DNA of 64,000 nt. Source: Podarcis bocagei (Eukaryota). Both the position numbers and the translations under genes were made by a program. The notes beneath the pieces were generated by a model that was not told the DNA's origin, ran no database searches, and saw only the letters and a list, made by a program, of their open reading frames with translations. Shown here piece after piece: positions 38,818-51,896 of the stretch. The stretch is taken from NCBI GenBank assembly GCA_964188305.1, contig OZ076886.1, one strand, 5' to 3'. Numbering within the stretch: position 1 is the stretch's first letter; the number at the start of each line of letters is the position of its first letter.

Positions 38818-41026
38818 CAGTGTTTCCCAACCTTTTTTGGGCAAAGGCACACTTGTTTCATGGAAAAAATCTCGAGGCACACCACCATGCCAGATGGGGA
38901 AAGGTCACTTTTTACTTATGTAAAAAACAAATAAAAAAAAATAGTAACAGCATAGAAGGTAATGGTTAGGCTAGCATCCCTCTTCCAAATATGCTAGGTT
39001 TTTATTTGCAGGGACTGTTCTACATGGGAAAGCATTCAGCACTGTCATTCTCCCATCTGCCATCTGAATTGGTACTATTCTGGGTCAACTTACTCTGCTG
39101 CATGTGTAGATGAAAATGGCACCAAGTGTGGGGGAGGGGGCAGAACAGGTTTCAGATACAGGATATTAAGCATACACGTACTTCAGATTGAACTGGTTGC
39201 TTGCTTTGCAAGTTTTCATTTCCCAAATGACTGCCTTGGCAAGCGCAATACCTACCAGGCTCAACGCCGGTCTCGCGCTGCCGCTTCCCGTGCTCTCAAG
39301 GACCCGGGAGGAGGAAGGCGTGAAGGGAATCCCGAAGGCGCAAAAACCTCGCGCATGCACAGGCCTTCCGCCTGCGACAGCCCAGTAGGCCGGCCGAAGC
39401 GAGCGGCGATGGGATGTGGGAGGGAGCTCGCTCGCCGCCCCGCGTGTGCCTATGTGGGGCACGTTACAGCCCCGTGACGTCAGCGCCACGCAGGCAGCCA
39501 GGCAGGCAGACGGCGAGAGCCCCGCGCTGGGCGGCCTCTCCTCGCCGCCGCCCCGCCTCTCGCCGCCCGACTCGCCCGCCTCCCTCCCACGGCACACCAG
39601 GCAACGTCTCGCGGCACACTAGTGTGCCGCGGAACACCGGTTGGGAAACACTGGTTTATTTCTTTGATGTCTGATGGGAGGGCATTCCACAGGACGGGCG
39701 CCACTACCGAGAAGGCCCTCTGCCTGGTTCCCTGTAACCTCACTTTTCACAGTGAGGGAATTGCCAGAAGGCCCTTGGCACTGGATCTCAGTGTCTGGGC
39801 TGAACGATGGTGGCGGAGACGCTACTTCAGGTATACTGGACCGAAACCGCTTAGGGCTTTAAAGGTCAGACCAACACTTTGAATTGTGCTCGGAAAGGTA
39901 CTGGGAGCCAATGTAGGTCTTTCAAGACTGTCGTTACGTGGTCTCGGCGGCAGGTAGCAGCGCTCACAGCTTACGGACTGCACCGTGTAACAGGTGTCTG
40001 GCCCAGCAGCCTAAGGCGGACAAGCCACTGAAACAGGCATTCAGAATCCATTCATTTCATAAAACCTGCAGGGCTCAATCTCTGTGTTTGTGTATGTGTG
40101 TGTTTCTGTTTTGCCCAAGGGTCTGGGGGTGGGAGAGAGCTCTTTAGCATGATGCTTTTAAAACAATTAAATTATCAACAAACAAACGAATAGCAACGTC
40201 AGGTGCTACGGGGGGGGGGAGAGAAGGGGGCCTACTCGGAAGTAAATACTGCGTCCAGGCGCAATTAGCGCTGATTTAAGGTGCACCAAGACTGCCTAAA
40301 AACCTCACCAAAGATATGCAACAAAGCGCTTCGTTGCAGAGGGGAGAGTTTGTGCACCGTGGAGGCTGGAGGGCTTCTATTCTACATGCGGGGGTTGGGG
40401 GGGCGAGGAAAATGTGCTCCGTGGGGGGGGCGGGGAAGGCAAGAAAAGGAGCTGAGCTCTAACTATAGGCTCCCACGCTTGAGCAGGCCCGACTCGGTGG
40501 GGCGGACCACCCTCTCTCCTGGAGGAGGAGGAGGAAGAGGAGGAGGAGATTCCCATCCACGGCGTGGCCTCCCGCGCTCCTGAACGGGAAATCTCTGCAG
40601 CCCAAGACTCTCCGCGAGGCAGCTCCTCCCTTCCTGCCTTGAGCCGCCGCCAGCCGCGCCCCCCTCCCCAGTTATCTGCTGCCTGCCAAGCCCCGCCCCT
40701 CTTCATTGTCCTCCCCTTCTGTTTATACACAAAGACCCCCCATCTTCTTCCCCCTTCCCCTTCCTCCATCCCTCGCTTTTTTCCCTCTCTTTCCTTTTTT
40801 TAAAAAAATATTTTCTCTTCCCCTTCTTTTTTTCCACCCTTTCTTTTTTCTCTTTCTCCCCCCCCCCCCGCCCTCCTGCCTTCCTGGGTTAAAGGATTTG
40901 AGCAATGGGTCTGGAGGTGGAGCTCGTCGGAGGATTAGCCCGACTCGCCCGCCTCCCTCCCACGACACACCAGGCAACGTCCGGCGGCACACTAGTGTGC
41001 CGCGGAACACCGGTTGGGAAACACTG
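38818..41026 (+). mobile_element. Composite non-autonomous hAT transposon carrying captured DNA
   Basis: TIR CAGTGTTTCCCAACC...GGTTGGGAAACACTG; perfect 8-bp TSD GCATAGGG (38810-38817, 41027-41034); second internal copy of the 89-bp right end at 39565-39653. Confidence 0.85.
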
Positions 41027-42059
41027 GCATAGGGGGTACAGATACAGATGGAATCCCCCAAAACCATGGAGACAAAAGAGTTCACCTCCTGCAGAGGCGC
41101 CATGGGACACCCCCATACCTCATGCAGAGTTTCGGGGTGCATCCTCGTTACTACCATGGGCTGTGAATGCACCTGGACTTTTTCGAAGCTTGTGAATGGG
41201 GCTGCAAACCTAGAGGGTGGAATTTGGGGCCAGCATCAGTTTTCACTATAATTCATGCACTTTGTGGAATTTGTCTTTCAGTTTTATGTTCCCAGAAACA
41301 GCATTATCTTTTTTAAGCAGCTTCAATTTTTCAAGTGGCTTTGTTTCTTAACTTCCTTCCTTAACAAGTAACATGCCTCTCTCCTGAGGTTTGACTTGTG
41401 GTTAACAGAACAGTGTTAATCCTTCGTGTCCATTCCTGCCAAAATTAATTTCTGTTTTGATTCGGTTTCATTTTCTTCATCCCCTAAGGCTTGGCTAAGG
41501 ACCAGACCTGAAAGGAAGGGCCATAGGTCAATTGTAGATCATCTGCTGTGCAGGCAGAAGGTCCCTGGTTCAATCCCTGACATCTCCAGGTAGGGAATGT
41601 GCCTGACCTGAACCCATGGAAAGCCACTGCCAGTCAGTGCAAACAACACTGAGTTAGATGGAATAATTGTTTTATTCAGTATGAGGCAGCTCCTTATGTT
41701 TCCTATGGTGGTGGTTGTTTGTTTATTATTTATTTAATTTATATACCACCATATCCCAGAGATCTCAGGGCATTTCACAGAACAAAATCAAAATATAAAA
41801 CCACAAAATATAAAATAAAAATAAAAACAACAGCCCAATAACTGTACCCCCCAAAAAAAACATTTTAAAAGGGCATCAGATGTCAATTAAATCAGTCAAA
41901 TGCCTGGTGTTCCAGAGGTCAGTCAGGGCTTCAACAGGGGTGCTAGTCATATCAGCCAGAAAACCCCTCAGAGCCATTTTGAATCCCACTTGACCCATCA
42001 GCCTCCGAGGGCTAATAGATCCCCTGCCTCTGTGGAGGGGAGAAGGTGCTGACAACCTA

Positions 42060-42623
42060 CCGTATTTTTCGCTCTATAGGACGCACTTTTTCCCCTCCAA
42101 AAACTAAGGGGAAATGTGTGTGCGTCCTATAGAGTGAATGCAGGCTGCGCGGCTAAGCCGAAAGCTTGGGGTTAGCTGCGCAAAGCCTCCACAGGGCAGC
42201 GGAGGCTTCAGAGGCTGTCCCCAAAGCCAGAATAGCGATACAGAGCGCTGCGCAGCTTGGGGATGGCTGTGCAACTGCTGCTGCGCTCTGGGGGCTTCAG
42301 GCAGCTATCCGCAAGCCTTTGGAGTGCAGCAGGAGTTCCCGCTGCACTCTGGGGGCTTGCAGATAGCCTCCTGAAGTCTGGAGAGTGAGAGGGGTTGGTG
42401 CACAGCAATCTCTTTTGCTCTCCAGGCTTCGCTTTGCTGGAGAGGCGCTGCACAGTTCTCCCTCTCTGCGCAGCACCCCTTCAGCGAAGCGGGAGGAGAA
42501 ATGGAAGGGGGTCCGTTTCTCATGCCGCTTCGCTGAAGCGGCGCTGAGCAGAGAGGGGGAGAATTTTTTCCCCTGTTCTCCCCCTCCTATGGTCCGGTGC
42601 GTCCTATAGAGCGAAAAATACGA
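42060..42623. mobile_element. Tigger/mariner-like MITE
   Basis: TIR CCGTATTTTTCGCTCTATAGGACGCAC...GTGCGTCCTATAGAGCGAAAAATACGA, flanked by TA. Confidence 0.8.
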
Positions 42624-42639
42624 TAAATCTCAACAGAAA

Positions 42640-44200
42640 GTGATCTGACCATGACTGATGTCTATGTCCCACCCCTTCAAATCACTGTCTTCCTGCCCAG
42701 TCGAGAAAACAAGGCCCAGAGCCTGGCCTGCCATGTGCATTGGGCCAGTGACATGTTGGGAGAGCCCCATGGTTGTCATGGGGGCCATGAGGTCCTGAGC
42801 TGCCCCAGACCAGCTGCCTGGGCACGGAAGTTGAAGTCTCCCAGTACCAGCAGTCTGGGAGTCCTCAACACCACCTCTGAGACCAGCCCAGTCAGTTCAG
42901 ACAGGGAGACTGCTGGGCAGCAAGGCAGGCGGTAAACCAGCAGAATCCCTTATCTGTCCCGATTGCCCAACACCAGGAACACCCACACACCCGACTGGAC
43001 AGAGAGTCTGGAGATGGAGAGACTCTATAGACCACAGCAGCTCCCCCTCCTCGACCCTTGAGTCTGGCCTGATGCTGTACTGAGTACCCAAGTGGGCACA
43101 GCTGGGTGAGACCCACTCCACCCTGTTTTTTTGTTTTGCTTTGTATTGTACTGTACCTTTAAAAAAAAAATTATTCAAAGTTATAACAAGACATATTATC
43201 CAAAAACATATCCTTATTCCCCCCATTTTTCCTCCCACCCCCCACAGAACCCCACCCCACCCCACCCCACCCCACCCCACCCCACCCCCCGACTTCCCTC
43301 AGTTCCAGTCTTTGGATTCTCCATTCATCCTTAAAGTCACAGTTATCCTTGTCCCATAGCTTATAGGTCAATTTTGCCAGTTCTGCATAGTCCATCAATT
43401 TTTCTTGCCATGATTCTTTAGTTGGGTCCACCGTGTTCACCCACCCAGGTTTTAGTGATACATGCCAGATCAGCCTCCTCATCCATAATCAGATCATGGA
43501 TGAGGGAGATTTTATTCTGGGCAGACCTGGCACTCAACAGCAGCAGTTGCAGACCCAAGGGCTGGCTGATATGACAACAACAATTCCCTAGGTTGAAGGG
43601 GGGGGGGTTGGCACACGGCATGGTCACTAACTGCCTGTGCCGTATGCCCCTTACCTGGCCTGCCCCTCCTCCCACGCCATACCTCCCTCTACCCAGTGGC
43701 GAAGCTGCGTGCTCCACTACTGGGGGCGGAGAGCAGGCAGGGGCGTGGCTGGTGCCCCCAGGGGCGTGGCATGCCTCCCAAGGGCGTGGTACGTGGGGGC
43801 AGTGTGCAGCACATGTCCAGGGGGGCTGCCATGATAGCAACCTACCAGAATAGTGGTGCTGGGGGCGGTCCGTTTCCTCTGCACTCCTGTTCCTCCGCCA
43901 GTGCCTCTATCCGCAACCCCCCCCCCCGCCGCCCGCTCTCCCCTGCTCCTCTCCTCCCAGGCACATCCCACAAAATGCCCTTACAACTCAGTTAAAAACA
44001 GTTAAAACACTTAAAAAAAAAACCTTTAAAGGATATAAAAAACAATTTAAAAGCAATTTAAAAGAAGAAGCCCTCTCTGCTGAGCAGCGGCAGCAGCACC
44101 TGTCAGGACCCACCCTGGGCCAGGTGGATAGAGGCAGGAGCAGGACTCTAGGGCTCTCAGCAGGGTTTTAAGCAATAGCTGGGCTGGGGAGGAGCCAGAT
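42640..44200 (-). mobile_element. L2/CR1-clade LINE 5' part (APE endonuclease), interrupted by an L1-like 3' fragment (~43130-43420)
   Basis: LLLLSARSAQNKISLIHDLIMDEEADLACITKTW; GRGGGAAVVYR; nested WQEKLMDYAELAKLT..FKDEW. Confidence 0.7.
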
Positions 44201-44381
44201 TAGGTTTGTGGCATGGGAAGCCTTTAACTGGGTTGTGGGTTTTTTTTGCCCTGAATACAGTCCCAAATCAGAATTTGACTACTACTGCGCTGGCATTTTC
44301 CTCTTATCAGAGGAAGTGCACAATTTGATCCAGCTACACAAGACCGAACTGAGTGACAAACCTCACAATCAGGATAATGTA

Positions 44382-44619
44382 CAGTGGTACCTCGGGTTAA
44401 AAACTTCATTCTGGAAGTCTGTTCTTAACCTGAAACTGTTCTTAACCTGAGGTACCACTTTAGCTAATGGGGCCTCCCACTGCCACCATGCCACCACCAC
44501 TCTGTTTCTGTTCTCATCCTGAAGCAAAGTTCTTAACCCGAGGTACTATTTCTGGGTTAGCGGAGTCTGTAACCTGAAGCGTCTGTAACCTGAAGCATCT
44601 GTAACCCGAGGTACCACTG
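44382..44619. mobile_element. MITE family A
   Basis: Same TIRs, TA TSD. Confidence 0.9.
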
Positions 44620-46985
44620 TATATTCCTAACCAGGTTCGGTCACAGAGGTCAAGCGGGCATAAAAACCCAAAGCTCGCCTGTTTTTGTTTCTCTTTTGAT
44701 TTTTGGACATTTGCCCAAAAAGGTCAAGGACAAAGGCCAGGATTTCCTGCACAATCTGTCTTAAAAAAAAAATGCTGTGCACTTTCGGAGCTGGGCTCTA
44801 CCTCTGGACCTCTGCCAAGGTTCCTTCACCTCTTTGAGGACCTCAGTTCTAGCATGGGAATTTCCTGCTTTTGTGTTTTCATGCATCTTATCGTTTGTAT
44901 TTGTATTACTGGGTGGAATCTCCCTTTCAGTTCTTAGATAGTTTGAGAGCAGAGTTTGCTGTGATGTGACCTAGAGATAAAGCTGCAGGCTGGAGAGCCA
45001 GAGAAGTAGAGCACAATATTTGATTTCTGCTTGAATCTTGAGGCTGCCGCTATGGGAGAAACAAGACCCTCTTGGGGTGTTAATGCTGTGAGCCCCTCCA
45101 TCCTTGAACTCCTGGGATCTCATACCGCTTGGAGATTGGGGTGGCATGCAGCAATATACCGGAAATCTGCATCCAATGCAGATATGGTCTTATTTTTTCT
45201 TGTTTATTCCTGTTGCAAAGTTGGTAACTGGTGATAAGGAACTGTGAACAGGATACTCTTGTCTTGTCTGTAAGATATGAGCAGCACTCCCTCTGTTGGT
45301 TGAAAAGATAATGACATGGTAGATCCTTATTCAATAGCAAAATGGACCTATGCTATTTTTTCTGGCAAGGAAGTTGCTTCAGAGCTAGTGTTCTGGGATT
45401 CAAACCTTAGGAATTGTTGTTATTCATGTTTATAGCATGATAACCTAAAGTCTAAATTGTAGGGAGTTGGACTGCAGCCTCTTGGGTCTCGTTGGGTCAC
45501 CATCCTCTTGCCCACTGGAGCAAATAAAGAACCTCATGTTCAGCAGGGAATGCAAGCAAATAATGTAGAGGGAATTTAAAAATGGGTCCCTACCTGTAGT
45601 AGTCTGAGGCCATACAGCCATCTTCTGCCATCTTAGGTCGCTGCCACCTCATTTGCATAGAGGAGGCCTGTGCTTGGCAAGGTTTCTACGTGCTGGATAT
45701 GAGCAGCCTTTATATGAATGTTGGTTCCGCACTGAGGTTGGTAGACAGCGGCCACAGAGCACTGTTGTACCAGTCATGGTTCTCCCCAAAGAATTTTGGG
45801 AACTGTAGCTTGTTCCCCTGTTTCTTTCACGGGGGGGTTAACAATTAATCCCTCTTGCCAGGAAACCCTGGGAATTGTAGTTCTGTGAAGGGAATACAGT
45901 TGTATTTTAGATTTCAAACGCCTTGGCTCTCGAACGATCAAAACCCAGGTGTGAGTGTTCTGGTTTTCGAACAATTTTTGGAAGCCGAACGTCCAGTGTG
46001 GCTTCCAATTGGCTGCAGGATGCTCCTGCAGCCAATCGGAAGCTGTGCCTTGGTTTTCAAATGGTTTCGGGAGTTGAACGGAGTCCTGGAATGCATTCTG
46101 TTTGAGAACCAAGATATGATTGTAGAGTTCTCTTAAGAACTCTCAGCACCTGTAACAAACTATGCTCCCAAGGATTCTTCGGGGGAGCTGTGACTGTTTA
46201 AAAGGGTATAACTGTAGCCTTATGAGGCTTTGCCCTTGGGTGGGAAAAATATTGCGCCTGGGAAAGGGAAGTGGGAGTCAACAGACACTCAAGGAATAGT
46301 TTCGGAGAAAAGGCTTTTATTTCTACCATCCATGAACTGGTAGAAGGAGCAAGTGTGATAAGTCACAAAAAGCATGCATGAGTTTACAATCATGTGCACA
46401 AGCATATATACCCCTTTCCAGTTCCCTCCTCCTTTCTCCTCCCTCAGGAGTCCTGCCCCATGTTGAGGTTCCTGAGCATGTACAGAAAGCTGTCTTGGAA
46501 CTATTGTGGACTCTTGGCAGGAAAGGGGGTGAGGGGGTTTTCAGAGTGTTCCCGTAGTTTCATTCTTGTGCTTTGGCATGGTTCCCGGAGAGAAAGCAAG
46601 TTGCAATGTGGTTCTGAGAAATGCCTGAGAAGACAATGGGCTCTGTTCTCTACCTTGTTGCAATCTTTTTAGTTACAGCAAGTGGAATGTTTCTGATGCT
46701 TAGCTGCTGAGAAAATGATTTTGAAAAGCTTTGAGCCTGCTTGGGGGGGGGGTGTGACTTCGGGCCTAGGTGAAGTCACCTGTCCTCACCTTCCTTCATA
46801 ACCAGTGCTTTTTTCCTAAAAAAAATGTTTAGGGGTAGTCTCATTTTCCTACTCATATTGAAATACTGCCCCTCAATGAGGCCAAACGTAAATTCACAAA
46901 ATGTTTAGGGGTATGCGTCCCCCCAGAAAAAAACCACTGGGTTTAACAGTGCTTTAATGAAAAAGGATGACGTGGCCAAAATATC

Positions 46986-47320
46986 CCATATGATCTCAGT
47001 TCCTCACAAGACTTTACTGGATGTATGTACACGCAGATACAATAAGTATTTCTCAGGAGACTATCAGAAAGGGACAACACTAAAAAATTAGGGGTGGTCA
47101 ACGAGGGACACTGTTGAATTGATACTTTAAGAGAGGTTGACACCAGCACCGCCAGCCCTCCGCTGGGCCTTCCATACTTTGCAGTTTTAAGAGCTGGTTG
47201 AGTGTAACTTGTAAAACCCTGTAATTCAACCATAGCGCCCTCTTTTGCCCAAGTTTCTTGAAGAAAGATGATATCATGTGTTTGTAGATAGGAACAGAAA
47301 TCACTGTAAATCAATGCAAG
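46986..47320 (-). mobile_element. Isolated LINE APE-endonuclease fragment between 22-bp direct repeats
   Basis: HDIIFLQETW...GRPSGGLAVLV..CVYIHP; flanks AGGATGACGTGGCCAAAATATC at 46964 and 47321. Confidence 0.8.
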
Positions 47321-48030
47321 AGGATGACGTGGCCAAAATATCTGTGCCCCACTGGATTTTGAAGGCCTCCATCCCCAATGGGTACCTTTCAAATATATGA
47401 GCAGTTGCTTTTTATGCCTCCTTCCAGGAATTTCTTCCCTTCCGCAAGAAGTAGGGAAGACTCCCTTCTGTGACTGACACCCAGTCACATTCATGCTTGC
47501 TGATTGATCGCCAGTCCCTTCATATTATGAAGCAGTAGCAGACAATGCGGTGATGACATTTACCTGACTTCCCAAAAGGCGATTCAGTGCCGCTTACTGG
47601 GAAGGAGAGAGCAGCACAATGCAGACATACCTGCAAGAGCACCAGACTGGCTTTGCTGGTGCATTTGCATTGTGATGGCAGTGACTAACCTGCTGGGAGG
47701 TCAGGTAAGCACCTCCATACCATTCACTACTGTTACAAAGTGATTTCACACTTCTCCAACATCTTCTTTGTTCTGCAATATTTTTGGTGTTGTTTTTTGT
47801 TGTTTTTTTTTTTAAAGGATGAATCAACTTCAGAGGTAGAATGTGAAGGACTTTGTTGGAAGTGGTCTTCTTTCAAATCCGTTTCAACTGCATGAAAATG
47901 GAGAAGGACTCTCACAAATCCTCTTTTCTCAACAGGTGAACAACGAGGTCTTTTTCAGGTGTGCAACATGGTGTCAGAAACCTCTTCCAGCAGTGGGGCT
48001 GGCCTGTAGCACTATTTCAACATCGTCCCG

Positions 48031-48091
48031 ATGGCATCCCTCCAGCTCTTACCTCTGTGCTTCCTATTAGTAACCACTCAGGGATCTAATG
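48031..48091 (+). CDS. SECTM1: SECTM1-like Ig membrane protein, signal-peptide exon (exon begins at acceptor 47959)
   Basis: MASLQLLPLCFLLVTTQGSN + G|GTAAGC, phase 1. Confidence 0.82.
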
Positions 48092-48668
48092 GTAAGCATT
48101 CCTATTTCCATTGGTGACTGTGGGGTGCTTTGGAATTATCTTTTTCTCTTACTTTTGCCTTTCATTGCACAGGGATAGGCGATAGCCCCAGCTTTCAATA
48201 CTAAAAATATGTACCAGCTGCTCTGTGTTCAGGTATTCTGAGCTATTAAGCACATTTCTGAACAATGAGAGCTGTATTTCAGTAATATTACATAAATCTT
48301 GGTACAACTACAGCCATGGTGCATAAATCCTGATTAAGTACAGCTGTGCAAATTCTCTTGCCATGCATACCTTTCTAAGGGATGCTAGGCAGAAAGATGA
48401 GTCTGGTGTTGACCTTCAGAAGTTGGACTACAGGTCCCATAATCCCTCACCATTGGCCATGCTGGCTAGGAATGATGGAAGTGGAGTCCCACAATATATT
48501 GAGGAACACAGGCTCTGCTGTCAGCAATGGCTAACATGGGTTGTGCTTTGCAGATTGTATACAAAGTGGTCCTTATGTGCTAATTTATGCTCCCTACCTA
48601 TTGCTGTTGGTGATGGATTATATACTTTCCTGGCCAGTGCTCCTAACCAGATTTAAATGATTGAGTAT

Positions 48669-48673
48669 TATAA

Positions 48674-48749
<76 letters not shown>

Positions 48750-49190
48750 TCATCTTTATTGTCATTGCCCCCTCTCGGGGACAACGAAATTACTTGGCTG
48801 CTCCATCCACCCAGGTAGGGCACTCCACACAAAATCAAAACAACTATAAAAACACTAATTAAAACAATACAGTATAATACAGCAAGGAAGATTAGATGAC
48901 TTTCAAAGTCCAGGCTTCCCATTCAGGGCCAAGATCGCTCTGGAGAAGAAGCTGTTCTTAAGACGGCTCGTTCTTGTCTTCATCGTCCTGTATCTCCGTC
49001 CCGACGGCAGGAGCTCGAAGAGACAGTGACCAGGATGCGATGGATCTTTTACTATGTCCAGTGCCTTCCTATGGCACCTTGTGGCATAAATCTGCTCTAA
49101 GGTGGAGAGTGGGCAGCCAACAATGCTCTCTGCTGCCTTAACAACTCTGCACAACCCCAACCTGTCCTGGGTAGTACAGCATCCGTACCA
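48669..49190 (-). mobile_element. Rex1/Babar LINE 3' end with (TAT)n tail
   Basis: KDPSHPGHCLFELLPSGRRYRTMKTRTSRLKNSFF. Confidence 0.85.
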
Positions 49191-50163
49191 CACACACCAC
49201 TCCCTTCTAGCTTGTCTCCTTTTACTATTTTTCCCACAGCTTTATACTCCGACATGCATTTGTACAGGAGTAAGATGTTCAGCCCAAACCCACTCAGCAT
49301 TTTATGGTACAAGCCTATACATGTCTACTCAGAAGTAAGCACCAATGAGACTCCTTCTTCCCCAAATTAATGCCTTCCAGCTGTTCTGGACTACGGCTCC
49401 CATCAGTACCAGCCTGCATGGCCAACAGTGAGGGATTATGGGAGCTGTAGTCTAACTTCTGGAGGTCAGCATTAGTCTCATCTTTCTGTCCAGCATCTCT
49501 TAAAAAGGATGGGAGTTCCAGGTGGAGAAAGGCTTGTTTACGCTAACTGGTGGCAGCTTTCTGATGCCTTAGGATTGTACCTTTTGCTAGCCTTAGGGTA
49601 CAATCCTTATCTCAAGGGCTAAAACAGCCTTTACTAAACTTCCCTCCAAATGTTGTGGACTACAGCTTCCATCAGAGAGGCCAAGAGGTGGAGATGAGTC
49701 AGGCTGGTGAAGAGTCATACTGTAGGTGTCTTTCCCTCCTGCTCTGGCAAATTCCCACCCCCCACCCATCTCCCAGAACCAGGAGTGGTATGAAAGGGAA
49801 GGAGCAAAGACAGGTGCACAGGTGCAGTCTCTGATTGCTTGTGGGGGGGGGGGAATCCCGGAGATGAGGGGACTTTGGCAGCTGTGGGGAGGTGGGGGTC
49901 TTCAGTCTCAACAACTGCTTCACAGGAGTAAGACCTACTGGAGATGAGTCGCTGTGCTTATTAGGCCTGACACTCCTGTGCAGATTATACTTTTGGTAAT
50001 AAAGAGTTAATTCCAACTTTCACGTTGTGATTTACTGCTGGTTTGCTTCTGACACTGAGCTACAGCCATCCCTGACTGACATAATAGTGCCTTTTAATTG
50101 CCTGTTTCAGTGCTTGAATCAACTGATGCATTTGCTATGTCTCCCCACCCCATTTTCTCTCAG

Positions 50164-50487
50164 AATTCCCAAATTTCACATGTGTCGAAGATGTTATTGC
50201 AGCGCTTGGGAAAACCGTTAACCTTACATGTGAGAACAACAAAGCAATGCTAAATGCAACAGTGAAGTTCTGTCATAATGAGACAAGTTGTCCACAGGAA
50301 AGTGACCTCAACTCAATAAGAAATAAATATATTACTGACAATGGAAGAATTTCATTGATGGTGATAAATCAATCGGTTATCCTCTGTGTCCACAAAGTAA
50401 AAATATCTGACCAAAGACATTATAAGTTTTTTTTGGAAGCTGTTAATGGAGATGATCACAACAAAATTATATATCTAAAGGTTGTTG
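50164..50487 (+). CDS. SECTM1: SECTM1-like, atypical IgV exon
   Basis: (E)FPNFTCVEDVIAALGKTVNLTCENNKAMLNATVKF...GRISLMVINQSVILCVHKVKISDQRHYKFFLEAVNGDDHNKIIYLKVV. Has the SECTM1 pattern (cf. [20 protein letters not shown]; no F-strand Cys, YKFFL vs YMWHL). Phase 1-1; lies immediately 5' of CD7 on the same strand, as in mammals. Confidence 0.8.
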
Positions 50488-50688
50488 GTAAGTTTAAGCC
50501 AATGAACAACGGACATCAAGAACTCTGGGTTTGATGGAGCATGGGTTGGGGCTGGTGTCAAAAGCAAGGTGATATTAAAGTAATGAAAATGCATATTGGA
50601 GGAAGTGTGGGCATGCTAAACATATAGCAAACCCAGTTCTGTTTCTGAAAAAATAATGACCTTTAGTTGAATGTGGTCCATAATAGTC

Positions 50689-50974
50689 TGGGAACAATTT
50701 CTTTATTGTTCTATTTACATACGTAGGTACTTGGCTGCAAAATTTTGTTCCACCCCAGATAAAGCTGGTGACAACCTTTATAAAATTCTAGTGCCAGTTA
50801 AAGGCCTATTTATTACACAGAATCATAGAGTTGGGAACAATTTCTTTATTGTTCTATTTACATACGTAGGTACTTGGCTGCAAAATTTTGTTCCCCCCCA
50901 GATAAAGCTGGTGACAACCTTTATAAAATTCTAGTGCCAGTTAAAGGCCTATTTATTACACAGAATCATAGAGT
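50689..50974. repeat. 143-bp tandem duplication (2 copies)
   Basis: 50689-50831 and 50832-50974 are nearly identical. Confidence 0.92.
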
Positions 50975-51288
50975 TGGAAGGGACCCTTAGGATCATCTAG
51001 TCCACCCCCCTGCAATGCAGGAATGGGCAGCTGTCCCATACGGGAATTGAAGCTGCAACTTTGGTGTTATCAACACCACACACTAACAAACTGAACTATT
51101 TCCTGAGGCTTTGTGGTGAATTGTTGACTGCTGAGCTTATTATGTTATTTTAGATTTCTTCAGTCAGTTGTTTGCTTGTTTGTTTACTTATTTCTATACC
51201 ATCCTTCACCCAAGGATCACAGGGCAGTTTATGATATAAAAACACAAAAATACATATCACAGTAACAAACAAAAACAATACCACCCCT

Positions 51289-51295
51289 ACACACA

Positions 51296-51360
<65 letters not shown>
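51289..51360. repeat. Compound (CA)n(GA)n microsatellite
   Basis: Seen directly. Confidence 0.95.
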
Positions 51361-51362
<2 letters not shown>

Positions 51363-51641
51363 AGTTTAAAAGGCCATAATTTATCTTGGTTGGCTGGTGG
51401 TTTTGTTTATGTACATGAGATGTCTTCAACTAAGTCCTACTCAAAGTAAATTCAACAGAATTAATGAACTTAAGTTTGTAATGTCCATTAATTTCAATGT
51501 GTCTGCTCTGAATAGGACTATCTTATGCTTTTAACTACTGATATTGTAACCCACTTTCAGCTTCTTTTTCATAATGCAAAGTGGGGCTAGAAATATTTTA
51601 ATTGAATTGATTAAATAAGTTACCACCTACATATTTTCCAG

Positions 51642-51896
51642 CACCGTATTCTGAACCTCAAATCAAAATCCAGAAGGACACTGTGGTGTGCACAGCGTCA
51701 GGAGGGCATCCACAGAGGCAGCTCTATTGGTTTGGTGACCATGGAACCAACCTGACTCACAATTCAAAACTTGTGTCTTTGAAAAATGAAGATGGTTCAT
51801 TCTCTCTCATCAGTACTCTTCAGCGGCAGTCTCTTGACAGTGGCACGATATGCTGCTCCATCCTGAACAACAACACAAATTGTGATAATCCCCAGG
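51642..51896 (+). CDS. SECTM1: SECTM1-like, B7/butyrophilin-type IgC exon
   Basis: (A)PYSEPQIKIQKDTVVCTASGGHPQRQLYWFGDHGTNLTHNSKLVSLKNEDGSFSLISTLQRQSLDSGTICCSILNNNTNCDNPQ; AG/GT-bounded, phase 1-1. Confidence 0.85.
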
